Made by a program: the position numbers and the translations under genes. Under the pieces are notes generated by a model. It saw nothing but the letters and a program-made list of their open reading frames with translations. It ran no database searches and was not told the origin of the DNA. A stretch of DNA of 46,999 bases from a virus. Shown here piece after piece: positions 20,965 through 30,663 of this stretch (positions within the stretch are counted from its first letter, which is position 1; each line of letters starts with the position of its first letter). The stretch lies in the UHGV virus genome UHGV-1362027; one strand, 5' to 3'.

Positions 20965-21207
20965 ATGAAAAGCATCGCAGAACAGATAAGAGAAATGGAA
21001 CAGACGAAGCTGTCAGAGCTGATTGATTATGTTGGAGGGCAATCACAACTGGCAAGGTTTCTTGGTGTGTCAAAACAGGCTGTCAATCAGTGGGTGTCAA
21101 GAGGAAGAATTAGCGCTACAGCAGCAATTGATGCCGAGAAACTTACTGGTGGAGTTTTCAGAAAGGAAGATTTAAGGCCAGCTGTTACAAAATGGATTAT
21201 TAAATAA
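20965..21207 (+). CDS. Cro/CI-type HTH DNA-binding protein
   Basis: Region SQLARFLGVSKQAVNQWVSRGRIS is a classic HTH_XRE motif. AGAGGT RBS. Divergent from the Sak4 operon, with TTGACG-17-CATTAT upstream. Confidence 0.5.
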   Translation: MKSIAEQIREMEQTKLSELIDYVGGQSQLARFLGVSKQAVNQWVSRGRISATAAIDAEKLTGGVFRKEDLRPAVTKWIIK

Positions 21208-21236
21208 AAAAGCCCGCGTTTGCGGGCTTTTTGTTA
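21207..21236. terminator. bidirectional rho-independent terminator
   Basis: aaaaaagcccgcgtttgcgggctttttg between convergent genes. Confidence 0.65.
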
Positions 21237-21683
21237 TTCCTTGAACTCTGGCACTTCGGTCCAGAAGGCTACATTTCTCAGCGACTTACCCGTATGATTG
21301 CACCAGTATATTCCTGAGTCATCATACTTGGCAGTAACCTTGACGCGATCAGCATCAATAATAATAACCTCCTGTCCATCTTTAGGGTCGAAAAGACGCG
21401 CATCTTTCCAGTTAATAATCTCATTAAGACTAAGAAGTACATAGCCGGGAAGATAAGCGCCAACATCAGCTATGTGAACTATGGTTCGCTCCGTTCTTTC
21501 ACCTGTGTAGTCTCCATTCCACTCCCAAAGAATAATCGTGTCTCCAGCCTTAAAATCACGGTCATTCTTTCTTAACTCTGCTTTCTTGTGCCCGGTGACG
21601 ACAGGCCAGAAGTGCTCAGGTAAGATTTTTAGTTCGTGTGTTTTGCTCATTTCAATCCTCCAATATCCAAACCGAATTACCAA
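21234..21683 (-). CDS. ASCH/PUA-like (DUF3850-like) protein
   Basis: Resembles ASCH-type small beta-barrel proteins (KILPEHFWPVVTGHKKAELRKNDRDFKAGDTIILWEW). Weak call. Confidence 0.35.
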   Translation of the reverse strand: MVIRFGYWRIEMSKTHELKILPEHFWPVVTGHKKAELRKNDRDFKAGDTIILWEWNGDYTGERTERTIVHIADVGAYLPGYVLLSLNEIINWKDARLFDPKDGQEVIIIDADRVKVTAKYDDSGIYWCNHTGKSLRNVAFWTEVPEFKE

Positions 21684-21906
21684 TTCGACTATTATTTAAA
21701 TCCTTTGACACAAGGCCATCATTACAAAGAGAAATCAGAACCTTCCGTAACTTTGCCGTTGTCCATTCATCATCAGGAAATTCATTCACCATCGATAGAC
21801 GGAGATTCCACGTAGCCACGTGGAACTTGCGACAAATCCCAAGTGTCTCCTCCTCAATGGATTTTCTCTTTCTCATCACGGATAAAACCTTATCTTTCAC
21901 ATCCAT
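21652..21906 (-). CDS. hypothetical protein (possible winged helix)
   Basis: 84-aa ORF overlapping neighbouring genes by short ATGA-type overlaps. Confidence 0.3.
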   Translation of the reverse strand: MDVKDKVLSVMRKRKSIEEETLGICRKFHVATWNLRLSMVNEFPDDEWTTAKLRKVLISLCNDGLVSKDLNNSRIGNSVWILED

Positions 21907-22112
21907 TTCCTTGCCCTCACTTAATCATCAATTTTGAAATATCAACATAACCAACACAAAATCTATGCCAGTAATCATCAAGCACGTGGTAATTAGAGCG
22001 AATCCATACTTTGTTAATCCCGCTCCAGAAAAACCATGTCGAATAACCATGCGGCCTGAAATGCCATGAACCTTCTGAGCGACAAAGTTCGCCTGATATT
22101 GTTCTCATTGTG

Positions 22113-22535
22113 TTACACATGGTTTTTATCCTTGTAGTTAGTCACACCTTTTGAGCTTAAGCTATCTTTATCACGCCTTCCGCTATACTCTTTGCTTACA
22201 TCCTCATACAAAACACCAAACGCCTTGCAGAAATTAAATAGTGCGTCACCCGCAAATACTTCGCTTGGATGCCAGTTTCCTGATTTCCTTGCAACATCCC
22301 TGTACGATGCTGTCACTATGCCAACATTGTTTTCATATTGTATTCGACAAAACAGTACGTCATCATCAATGCAGATACCCATATTGCATCGGAATACAGG
22401 CATTTTCCAGTAGTAAACTTCCATCAGGTGCTTTCCTGTCATCATGGATATTGCGTTATCGTGTGCGCGCTCAGGATTTTCTGACTCAAAATAGTCATAC
22501 AAACCTCTCATCACCAGATACTTGTAATTAATCAT
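22113..22535 (-). CDS. hypothetical protein
   Basis: 140-aa ORF directly downstream of the primase gene. The short ORF 21917..22120 follows. Confidence 0.35.
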   Translation of the reverse strand: MINYKYLVMRGLYDYFESENPERAHDNAISMMTGKHLMEVYYWKMPVFRCNMGICIDDDVLFCRIQYENNVGIVTASYRDVARKSGNWHPSEVFAGDALFNFCKAFGVLYEDVSKEYSGRRDKDSLSSKGVTNYKDKNHV

Positions 22536-24865
22536 ATCTCAACCTCATCATTTGTTAATTTGTAAATTATTACATTGTGAGATGTTCTTTTTGCATTTTC
22601 ATCAATGCAAATAATACCATCTGATAACAACTTCTCTACGCACCTCTCGACATCAGCACGTTTATACCCACCTTCTTTTGCTACCCCTCTAACCATTGCT
22701 GTTTTGGTCATTCCGCGCTTCACATATTCTTTAACCATGGAGAAAATACCTTCAATTCGTTCTTCCATAGCTTTAGACTTCGCTCCGGCGATACTGTCAG
22801 CACGCATCATCAGATCGCTTGTTGATTTAATTGTTAATGCTACCGCATATCTCAAGTGCTCCATGGTTATGACGCCAGTATCGCACGCGAGAATGCCAGC
22901 AATCTTTGCCACCTTTACAGCGCATCTGTTTATCAGTGGGTGATAACCAGTACCATTTTCTACATGCTTTCTTGCAACGGTTTTAATCCATGAGAAGAAC
23001 TCCTTAGCGAGCTGAGAAACTTCAGGCGTAGCTTTTATAATCCGTCTTTCTTTTTGACTGATTATTGAGTCTGTCCAGTTTTTGTGCCCAGCCGTTCCGC
23101 CATTTATTATCGTTTTTATGGTCAGTTGCATATCCATAGGGATATCACAGTAGTTGACGTTTTCGTTTTCGTCAGCAATCTCCTGTAACTCCTGCATAAT
23201 CATTGCGCGACCCATAAGGCCTGACTTAATGTTTTCTTCAGTGATAAGTCGCTTAAACTGATCATCAGTAGACACACCAAAGATTGAAAAAAATGGATTC
23301 CTTATAGCTCCATCAATTCTGTTTATCACATCATCAAACTGACACTTAATGTCAACGGGGTCTGCCTGTATCTCATTTTCCTCAATAGCCATTAACAGCA
23401 TAGCCTTTCTTTTTTCGAAAGACTTAATGAAATCCTCAGTAACCCGCTGGTCACAATAAAGAACTTCTGACGTGTAAGCCTCCATGATCGCACCAGCGGT
23501 TGCCATGTTGTACTCGCTTACTTTCTGACCAACAACACTCCCAAGTTTTATCCCAATCTCATCCATGATGATATTAAACATCTGGTTAGCGCAAAGACCT
23601 TCATATATCGCACGCTCTGAACGTATCTTACCGGCGACAGTCTTACTCAATCCTGAGCAATCAATTATCTTTTGTAGCGCAGCAAGAACATCACCCTTAC
23701 CAGAACCTGAACCAGCTATACCAACAGCAAACAGGTTTGGTAAGGCTTTCCTGTTTGTAAGGTAAATATCAGATGACGCTCCGCAAATCATGGATGCGGC
23801 ATGCAATGCGGCAAGTGCTGCAATGTTCTCTCGCTTCTCTGCACAGTTCTTATTAATCCACGCCGTAAGGCGACCAACAAATCCAGGCGGATAACGGACA
23901 TCAACACTTTTGTACTCTACAGGGCATTCACCAACACCCATTGCCATCTCTCGTTCGAAAGACTCAAGTTTCTCAATTTCCTCTGGCGTAGCCTCAAAAG
24001 TTACTTGCCTTACCCACCCTCCCTCTTGCGCGAGATAAACCAGCGTTGCTTCTGTTATCTTTTCGCTAACACCGTCCTTTCCAAAGGAATGCCATTTTGC
24101 GTCCATCTCTTCAGCTCTGTATTTGCTGAACTGCGATGACCATCTATCCCAAAGCTCAAAACCATTGCCTTCTGTAGCTTCGTGGATAGCCATACCTACA
24201 TGAAGCCATGGGTCATACTCATCACCATCTTTGATGTATTTGAGCATATCCTCCATTTCGGCAATGCTGTAATTTTTACTATCAAGCGTGAAAACCTCGT
24301 CTTCCGTTCTCTCAGGGCGCAACAAAAGCTCAATAAGTTCAGATGGACATTCAGTTATCTCTGAAGGGGATCCATGCTCGGCCTCATAAAAGTTTCCAGT
24401 TTTATGAAAAGAACCACATCCAACAACAAAACCAGATGATTTAAAGTCAATACCCTTAAACCTTCTGTCATGAGAGCGCAGCTTTATTCCTTCAGGAAGT
24501 TTGTAATAGATGTGCCGACCACCACCACCAGTCTTAACCGTAAAACCAGCTTCGTCAGCAAGCTCTACGTCTAAGGCATCACAAAGAGATTCATATCCAT
24601 CATTACCTCCGTTGCGTGGGTCAATATCAACGACAAGATAACCATTCACAAGGACACCGAATGACTGCAATTGACCATATTCAGCCATGTTTTCAATCTG
24701 GTCATCAGCCCATATAACTCCAAGCTGCCAGTTACTCATAACCGGATGCTTACCGGCAGCATTGCACTCTGGATCACCGCATGTGCAATTGCGGTCGATA
24801 TCCATTGCATGGATTCCAATAATAGGGAAGCCACATTTGCGGTAATCTTCATAACCAATCATCAT
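22532..24865 (-). CDS. DNA primase / primase-polymerase (prim-pol N-terminal domain) with C-terminal P-loop NTPase domain
   Basis: 777 aa. N-terminal bifunctional primase-polymerase-like region (..VVDIDPRNGG.., ..GGGRHIYY..) and a central P-loop-like AGSGSGKG. GGAG RBS. Confidence 0.65.
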   Translation of the reverse strand: MMIGYEDYRKCGFPIIGIHAMDIDRNCTCGDPECNAAGKHPVMSNWQLGVIWADDQIENMAEYGQLQSFGVLVNGYLVVDIDPRNGGNDGYESLCDALDVELADEAGFTVKTGGGGRHIYYKLPEGIKLRSHDRRFKGIDFKSSGFVVGCGSFHKTGNFYEAEHGSPSEITECPSELIELLLRPERTEDEVFTLDSKNYSIAEMEDMLKYIKDGDEYDPWLHVGMAIHEATEGNGFELWDRWSSQFSKYRAEEMDAKWHSFGKDGVSEKITEATLVYLAQEGGWVRQVTFEATPEEIEKLESFEREMAMGVGECPVEYKSVDVRYPPGFVGRLTAWINKNCAEKRENIAALAALHAASMICGASSDIYLTNRKALPNLFAVGIAGSGSGKGDVLAALQKIIDCSGLSKTVAGKIRSERAIYEGLCANQMFNIIMDEIGIKLGSVVGQKVSEYNMATAGAIMEAYTSEVLYCDQRVTEDFIKSFEKRKAMLLMAIEENEIQADPVDIKCQFDDVINRIDGAIRNPFFSIFGVSTDDQFKRLITEENIKSGLMGRAMIMQELQEIADENENVNYCDIPMDMQLTIKTIINGGTAGHKNWTDSIISQKERRIIKATPEVSQLAKEFFSWIKTVARKHVENGTGYHPLINRCAVKVAKIAGILACDTGVITMEHLRYAVALTIKSTSDLMMRADSIAGAKSKAMEERIEGIFSMVKEYVKRGMTKTAMVRGVAKEGGYKRADVERCVEKLLSDGIICIDENAKRTSHNVIIYKLTNDEVEI

Positions 24866-25193
24866 TTAATTCTCCGAACAGACACTTCGCCTTCTTCCAT
24901 CTTTCTGGTTACAAAAAGCCACGAATTATCTTTCGCAACACAGCACAGGCTCGCCCTGAATTTTTCAATACTGTTATTGGCACGGAAATCATCTACCACA
25001 AAAAATCTCACCTCTCCAATCGACATCCCGCTAACAAACTCATACACCTCAGCCATTGCGCTACCAAACCTGTACATGACAACCTCCAGACAATCAATCA
25101 ACAGTAAACTCAATTTAATATATCAACTTTTCTATAATTCAGCAAGCAAGAGAAGCAACACTTAATAGCAACCTACATACTTTTCTTCCTGAG

Positions 25194-25222
25194 TTGACAC
25201 GCTTCCCGAAAAAGCGTATTAA
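25194..25222 (+). promoter_or_regulatory. near-consensus sigma70 promoter TTGACA-17-TATTAAT whose spacer is the palindromic iteron CGCTTCCCGAAAAAGCG
   Basis: gaGTTGACAcgcttcccgaaaaagcgTATTAATAttt. Confidence 0.45.
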
Positions 25223-25448
25223 TATTTCAGAGCTTAATTTTTCCTTTATCTTTCAATGGTATATAGGTAAATGAGAAAAATTCTCGGGAAGCCAATATTA
25301 AGCAAAATCAATAGTTTAGGTGTTCGCTTCCCGAGCAAAAAAAATTGATAAACAAAAAGCTCATCATAAAAAAAAGGGGTGGGTATTTTCGGGAAGCCGG
25401 GAAGCGAACGGAAAATACTGAAAACAAAAGGAATTTCGCTTCCCGATA
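25196..25448. repeat. iteron-like repeats GCTTCCCGA (at least 6 copies, both orientations) in non-coding region; candidate replication origin/regulatory region
   Basis: Direct copies at about 25201, 25326 and 25438 (TTCGCTTCCCGA). Inverted copies at about 25284 and a tandem pair at 25388-25408 (TCGGGAAGCCGGGAAGCGAA). Followed by very AT-rich DNA at 25500-25660. Confidence 0.5.
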
Positions 25449-25486
25449 ACTTGGGATTCAAAATTAACTAAATTCATTAACAAATC

Positions 25487-25509
25487 AACCAGCTTAATTG
25501 CTGGTTTTC
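25487..25509 (+). terminator. terminator-like hairpin accagc-ttaatt-gctggtttt inside the intergenic region
   Basis: Perfect 6-bp stem plus T-run, about 270 nt downstream of the 25194 promoter. Confidence 0.35.
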
Positions 25510-25672
25510 GTGTTTCTGTAGCGTAAGGTATTAATATCTATAATAAATATAAAGAAGATCTTAATATACTTTATATAGGTAATAAACAAAGGTTACTATT
25601 AGTAATTTATGCAACTATATATGTAAGCTAACGTTCACTAACATTTAGTCGTGCTTTTTCTTTCTCTGTGTG

Positions 25673-25701
25673 TTGACGTAGAATCACAACTGATGTAGAT
25701 T
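25673..25701 (+). promoter_or_regulatory. sigma70-type promoter TTGACGTAGAa-N17-TAGATT (GTAGAT family) for plus-strand early genes
   Basis: gTTGACGtagaatcacaactgatgTAGATTgaaatc, about 30 nt upstream of ATG 25732. Confidence 0.55.
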
Positions 25702-25731
25702 GAAATCATCGAAACAAACGATGGTTAAGAA

Positions 25732-25878
25732 ATGAAAATAAAAGACCGTGAAGAATTTGAAGATGCACAGGCTATGGCACGCATTGCAGTTGAGCACACA
25801 AACAACAGCATTCCTGCAGAAGCATTCTGGAACGCTGCAATGCAGGCGTTAATCTCTGCGTATGGTTTAAGCAAATGA
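25732..25878 (+). CDS. small hypothetical early protein (48 aa)
   Basis: First ORF after the early promoter: MKIKDREEFEDAQAMARIAVEH... Confidence 0.35.
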   Translation: MKIKDREEFEDAQAMARIAVEHTNNSIPAEAFWNAAMQALISAYGLSK

Positions 25879-25906
25879 CTGAAGATGAATATAAGGCTTC
25901 GAAGAA

Positions 25907-26101
25907 ATGATAAGAGTGAAAGCCATCGAGGTAGATGAGTCATGTCGTTATGTGACGGTTGGTAAAGTATATGATTGCCACGATTACCTGCCTGAGCAAG
26001 GGATTGTATTTTTAATCGGAGATAGAGGGCATGAGGTTATTGGTAAGATTTCTAACGAAAAAGACGCACATGGCGTTAAATGGGAGTTGGTGAAGAAATG
26101 A
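25907..26101 (+). CDS. hypothetical early protein (64 aa)
   Basis: Compact ORF, tandem with neighbours. Confidence 0.35.
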   Translation: MIRVKAIEVDESCRYVTVGKVYDCHDYLPEQGIVFLIGDRGHEVIGKISNEKDAHGVKWELVKK

Positions 26102-26281
26102 CAGGCGCAACATTCGAACTTATCGCCAGTCTGGTTATCGCGGCATTCATCATTATTGCAGTAGCAGTTTCCAATTCAGGGTATAAGGAGTAACAGAATG
26201 AGTAGCTGGCATAACGAACACATCATGCAGTGGTATCGCCGTCGCATTAAGGCAATAATTAACTCTTATGAGGTTTAACGA

Positions 26282-26464
26282 ATGGCAAAAACTATCTATC
26301 GCCGCGAGAAACTGGAACCAGAACTCGGTCACGTTGGCGCGCAAAACTTTATGAGTAAGCAGGCACGTAATGCAATGGAATCTATCCGCGTAAATCGCGT
26401 TGTGCGTGTGTTTAATGGTGAAGGCAAGCGTAGAGTAATGGATGAGCTTATTATCGTGTTCTGA
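26282..26464 (+). CDS. hypothetical early protein (60 aa)
   Basis: Compact ORF. Two tiny ORFs (31-aa membrane peptide 26098-26193 and 26 aa 26198-26278) lie upstream. Confidence 0.3.
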   Translation: MAKTIYRREKLEPELGHVGAQNFMSKQARNAMESIRVNRVVRVFNGEGKRRVMDELIIVF

Positions 26465-26500
26465 ACTCGATTAAGCAGGCTTATTTCGAATGGTGATGAC

Positions 26501-26734
26501 ATGGCAAAAGTGAAAACATACGAGTTCTGGTTTGTTCGGAACGCAATGTATGCGTGCAAGACAATCAAGAGAGCGCGCTGGTGGAATAAGTGGCTAATCC
26601 TGCAAGGATGCATCGTGCTGGCAAAGTGCAAATTCAAAGCGATTGACATCACCGATGAGGATGCACTCAAAATCGCAAAGATTGAGTTTGAAGAAGATGG
26701 ATATTATGAAGAAATTATGGGGGTTAGGGTATGA
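26501..26734 (+). CDS. hypothetical early protein (77 aa)
   Basis: Compact ORF overlapping the next gene by ATGA. Confidence 0.35.
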   Translation: MAKVKTYEFWFVRNAMYACKTIKRARWWNKWLILQGCIVLAKCKFKAIDITDEDALKIAKIEFEEDGYYEEIMGVRV

Positions 26735-27006
26735 GTGAAGTTAAGCGATATGACATTTCTGCATTTGGTGGCATGTCTATGGATGAGTGTAGCGATGGTG
26801 CTTATGTTAATTACGAGGACTACGCAGCACTTGAATCAAAATGCTCTGCTCTACTTGACAAAATCAAAAACATGCAAGACCAAGCAATTGATGATGGATG
26901 TCGAATTGCAGAACTTGAAGAGGCGTTGCGAGATAAACAGGCGTTAATTCCTGATGAGTTCGACACAACCAAACAGCAATTCGAAAGCCTGGCTAAAAGT
27001 GAATAG
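26731..27006 (+). CDS. hypothetical acidic coiled-coil protein (91 aa)
   Basis: Compact ORF followed by a weak hairpin at about 27030-27055. Confidence 0.4.
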   Translation: MSEVKRYDISAFGGMSMDECSDGAYVNYEDYAALESKCSALLDKIKNMQDQAIDDGCRIAELEEALRDKQALIPDEFDTTKQQFESLAKSE

Positions 27007-27494
27007 CTGCCCGTTCATATTAATTATCAGTGCGCTCTATGTGGCGCACGCTTTAGTGGAGGTATATCTATGACCAGACACCAACAACTCCGATACACCG
27101 CTGGCGCTAAAATTTTCCTTGCTGTTTATATGCTGGCACTGGCAGCAGCTATCGCAGGAGTTGTGTATTATGTTTGACGATATCAATGAGGCGATTCTTC
27201 ATGCCATAAAGAAACACGCCATGGGTGGTAAGCGATACCATTTCGCACTCATCCAGAGATTGAACAAAATTGAAGTGAGCACACATCCAGAAGATGACAG
27301 ACGACAGGTAATGTGGTCAACGAGGTCAATGAGGTATGCAAACAACTAAGCAAAAAGTCTGGCAGCTCGCAAAGCGGAATGAACTGGACGATTTCATCGC
27401 GAAGGTTGCAAAGACATTCCATGATGCGCTTGAAATCGTTCATGTGCAGACGCGAAATGAAAATGCATGGTGCTATACAAAAAATAATACAAAT

Positions 27495-27930
27495 GGTGGA
27501 TGAAATGAAGTTAACAAAAAAACAACGCGAAGAACTGCGCATGAAGTTCGGTGGTCGCTGTGCTTATTGTGGGTGTGAGCTTCCTGAGAAAGGTTGGCAT
27601 GCCGACCATGTTGAACCCGTGCTACGTAAATCTGAGGTGTGCATGAAGGCTGCAGAGAAAGGCATTTTTAGACTTAAGGCGACTGGTGAGCTTTACAATC
27701 CCGATGCTGAGACACAGGAAAACCTATTTCCGGCATGTGCACCATGTAACTTACTAAAAACGTGCTACCCCTTGGAAACTTTCAGAGAACAGGTGTCTCT
27801 TCAAGTAGAGCGCGCTCGCAATAGTAGCGTGAATTTTCGAACAGCAGAGCGTTTCGGCCTTATCGCCGTGGTGGAGAGACCAGTTGTGTTCTGGTTTGAA
27901 AAATACCAGGAAGAGAAAGGCAAAAAATAA
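27495..27930 (+). CDS. HNH endonuclease
   Basis: Motif CAYCGCEL...WHADHVEPV...CNLLK (HNH with Zn-binding cysteines). The ORF is listed from 27313; the likely start is MVDEMKLT. A 55-aa ORF (27336-27503, GAGG RBS) overlaps upstream. Confidence 0.55.
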
Positions 27931-28023
27931 ATGTGTTTATGATGCTCTGTTGGCAAGCTCGATAATGATGGTGTACAATAAACGCATAACCACCATTGCT
28001 TCACTCATATCATCACCCAACCT

Positions 28024-28052
28024 TAACCCGCCTTGTGCGGGTTCTTTTTTAT
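28024..28052 (+). terminator. rho-independent terminator
   Basis: aacccgccttgtgcgggttctttttta. Confidence 0.6.
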
Positions 28053-28097
28053 CTGTGTTAAACTAACTATATCGAAATACGAAAAGACGAAAACAGA

Positions 28098-28544
28098 ATG
28101 GCTAATCCAAACCCTGTAATGAAATTTTCCTCTGAATACCAGCCTGCCGGTAGAGGATTAAGCTACAGAAACAGGCTTATTGAAGCATTAAATCGATGCG
28201 GGCTTGGCGAGGAGGAATTCCTTGACGCATTCATCAGAACCTCAATCAAGATGACTGAGGAAAACCCGACTCAGGGTGTGCAAATGCTGAAGGAAATATT
28301 CCTGCGCATCAGCCCAGTGCAAAAAAGCATGGCACCTCCGGTTAATTTTAAATACCGCAAAGATGCCACGCCAGTAGAGCAGATAGAGGACGTCATTCAA
28401 TCTGTCTCCAGTGGCGAGCTTCCAATCGATGTGGCGTCTCAGGTTGTGTCTATGATTAAGGTTGGGCTTGATGTGAAAGAGTTAACCGAACTCGCCGCGC
28501 GACTTGAGCGACTGGAGAAATTACTGGAGCAGCAGAATGCGTGA
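28098..28544 (+). CDS. putative terminase small subunit
   Basis: 148-aa ORF with a predicted coiled-coil C-terminus, upstream of the large terminase gene. Position-based call. Confidence 0.4.
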   Translation: MANPNPVMKFSSEYQPAGRGLSYRNRLIEALNRCGLGEEEFLDAFIRTSIKMTEENPTQGVQMLKEIFLRISPVQKSMAPPVNFKYRKDATPVEQIEDVIQSVSSGELPIDVASQVVSMIKVGLDVKELTELAARLERLEKLLEQQNA

Positions 28545-28564
28545 TTTCATTTACTATTGGCGGC

Positions 28565-28672
28565 ATGATGGCAATGGCTGGATTCTTTGCCGCAGACAAC
28601 ATCATCTCACATGTCATTTGTTGGCTGTTTATTCTGTCAATGGCTGTTTATTCTCAATTTAAGCCGAGGTGA
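28565..28672 (+). CDS. small membrane peptide (about 35 aa)
   Basis: Product MMAMAGFFAADNIISHVICWLFILSMAVYSQFKPR. Coordinates approximate. Confidence 0.25.
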   Translation: MMAMAGFFAADNIISHVICWLFILSMAVYSQFKPR

Positions 28673-28674
28673 TA

Positions 28675-28830
28675 ATGCTTAAACTAGCACTCTCAAATAT
28701 GGCGCTCGCAATGTTTATGTTTATCGCTGGCGGTACGTCAGGAGCTTCCGCTTTCGCGATATGGGGATGCATGTTTATGCTGGCGGCAACGATAATTACT
28801 GTTGTTGGGACTTCGCGCTATGGCTCGTAA
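28675..28830 (+). CDS. small membrane protein (about 51 aa)
   Basis: Product MLKLALSNMALAMFMFIAGGTSGASAFAIWGCMFMLAATIITVVGTSRYGS. Overlaps the start of the large terminase gene. Coordinates approximate. Confidence 0.25.
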   Translation: MLKLALSNMALAMFMFIAGGTSGASAFAIWGCMFMLAATIITVVGTSRYGS

Positions 28831-30244
28831 ACGCCTCTCCGCGCTGGCAATCGAAAAACTGGAAGCGCAGATTGATGATGCAATGACCGATGTTGCAGAG
28901 TCCGCCATCTTTGGCATCTGTGACATGCAGAAGAACGTCATTAAGCGGTTAAGGATGACAGCCACTGGTGTTGATGATGTGACTAATGCAACCACTCGTG
29001 CTGACCACCTGATTCCGGCAAAGCTGGAGCGCCTGCTTTATCCGAAGCGTTTTAAGTTTGTCTACGGTGGTCGTGGGTCAGGGAAGACGAGAACGATTAC
29101 CACTATCCTTACTGAGCGTGCAAGGTTTCGACCTGACCGTTTCGCCTGCTTTCGTGAGATTCAGCAATCCATTGAGGACTCAAGCTATCAGGAGCTTGTT
29201 GACGAAATAGCCCGCAAGGGTGAATCGGCAGAGTTTCGCGTTATCAACAACGAGATAACGCACAAGAAGACCAAAGCGAAGTTTCGCTTCAAGGGGCTGT
29301 ATCGCAACCAGACTACGGTTAAGGGTTTTGCTGGCATTACCGTTGGTTGGGTAGAGGAAGCAGAGAACGTCAGCCAGACAAGCTGGGATATTCTGGTGCC
29401 CACTATCCGCGCCGCCAATTCCGAGCTGTGGTGCTCATTCAACCCCAATAAGGACACTGACCCGACATGGAAAAACTGGATTGCGCCTTATCACTCGCAG
29501 ATGGTTGATGGCATATTCGAAAACGATGAAATTCTGATTATCGAATGTAACTATTCAGACAATCCGTGGTTCTTGGATACACCGCTGCCGTCTGCTATGG
29601 AGCAAATGAAGCGTGTCGATTTCGACCGCTACATGTGGATATGGGAAGGCAAATTTAACAAACGCAGCGATGAGCAGGTCTTTGGCGGCAAATGGCGTAT
29701 TGATAACTTCGAGGTCAAACCTGAATGGCATGGCCCATATTTCGGCATGGACTTCGGGTTTTCCACGGATCCTACCGCAATGGTTGAGGTTTACATCGAA
29801 GAACTTCCCGGCGGGCGTCGCAACATTTATATTAATCGCGAGTACGGCAAGGTGGGGCTTGAAATTACTGACACGCCAGCCGCTATGGAGCAATCATTCC
29901 CTATGGCTAAACGCGCACGATGGTATGCCGACTGCGCTCGACCAGAAACAATCAGTCACATCAAGCGTTCTGGCTTCGATATTCACCCGTGCACGAAATG
30001 GCCGGGTAGCGTTGAAGATGGCGTTACGTGGCTGCGTGGCTGCGACAGCATCATTATCCACGAGCGATGCAAAGAAATGCAGAATGAAGCCGCAATGTAC
30101 AGCTATAAGGTTGATAAGCTGACAGGGAATGTGCTGACAGATATTGTTGATGCATTCAACCACTATTGGGATGCGGTTCGCTATGCACTCAATGACCACA
30201 TCGTTCAGCGCGGTAGCGGGATGCTAATCCGGCGCAGACGATAA
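28820..30244 (+). CDS. terminase large subunit
   Basis: Walker A VYGGRGSGKT and nuclease-domain acidic residues. About 475 aa from MARKRL (ORF listed from 28802). Confidence 0.8.
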   Translation: MARKRLSALAIEKLEAQIDDAMTDVAESAIFGICDMQKNVIKRLRMTATGVDDVTNATTRADHLIPAKLERLLYPKRFKFVYGGRGSGKTRTITTILTERARFRPDRFACFREIQQSIEDSSYQELVDEIARKGESAEFRVINNEITHKKTKAKFRFKGLYRNQTTVKGFAGITVGWVEEAENVSQTSWDILVPTIRAANSELWCSFNPNKDTDPTWKNWIAPYHSQMVDGIFENDEILIIECNYSDNPWFLDTPLPSAMEQMKRVDFDRYMWIWEGKFNKRSDEQVFGGKWRIDNFEVKPEWHGPYFGMDFGFSTDPTAMVEVYIEELPGGRRNIYINREYGKVGLEITDTPAAMEQSFPMAKRARWYADCARPETISHIKRSGFDIHPCTKWPGSVEDGVTWLRGCDSIIIHERCKEMQNEAAMYSYKVDKLTGNVLTDIVDAFNHYWDAVRYALNDHIVQRGSGMLIRRRR

Positions 30245-30247
30245 AAA

Positions 30248-30270
30248 TAAAGCCCTCAGATGAGGGCTTT
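30248..30270. terminator. bidirectional rho-independent terminator
   Basis: aaagccctcagatgagggcttt between convergent genes. Confidence 0.6.
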
Positions 30271-30272
30271 GC

Positions 30273-30455
30273 TTATTCCGTTATTCCATAATCTGCGAGG
30301 TTAACCCTTCCCTTGTAGTGTTTTGCGGTTTCTTTCATCTTTCCCACATCTATGCCAACAATTACCTCGTGTGAGTGATTCCCATGCTGGCTTTTAAATC
30401 GCTCTATTGCCTCCTCTCTTACTTTTTTGTTAACTCTTGGTCTTGTATGACTCAT
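30273..30455 (-). CDS. hypothetical basic protein (60 aa)
   Basis: Compact ORF. Confidence 0.3.
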   Translation of the reverse strand: MSHTRPRVNKKVREEAIERFKSQHGNHSHEVIVGIDVGKMKETAKHYKGRVNLADYGITE

Positions 30456-30655
30456 GCTGGATACTCCACTTTTCCCATGACTCCATTCCGGACATACATA
30501 TCTATTTCGTCTTTTGTCATTCCCGTGTCCTCGGCATTGTCTTTGTCACGACAAACAAAAACCAGCCCATTTGCTGGCGCAAACAGATAAGTGCTGCCAG
30601 TTATTTTTGACTTGTATGCCTCAAACATCTCATCACCTCGCGTAAGTATTTCCAA
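30452..30655 (-). CDS. hypothetical protein (likely start at Met 30628 behind GAGGTG)
   Basis: Preceded by a GTAGAT-family promoter (-35 at 30692-30687, -10 TAGATT at 30669-30664). Confidence 0.35.
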   Translation of the reverse strand: MEILTRGDEMFEAYKSKITGSTYLFAPANGLVFVCRDKDNAEDTGMTKDEIDMYVRNGVMGKVEYPA

Positions 30656-30663
30656 CTGGGTTC

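Noticed and set aside
20965-21207. HTH protein as a CI-like lysogeny repressor
   Set aside because: No integrase, excisionase or attP-like features anywhere in the window. The protein is more likely an early transcription regulator of a virulent phage.
25271-25348. 25-codon ORF (MRKILGKPILSKINSLGVRFPSKKN) inside the iteron region
   Set aside because: Its sequence is dictated by the iteron repeats themselves. Most likely non-coding.
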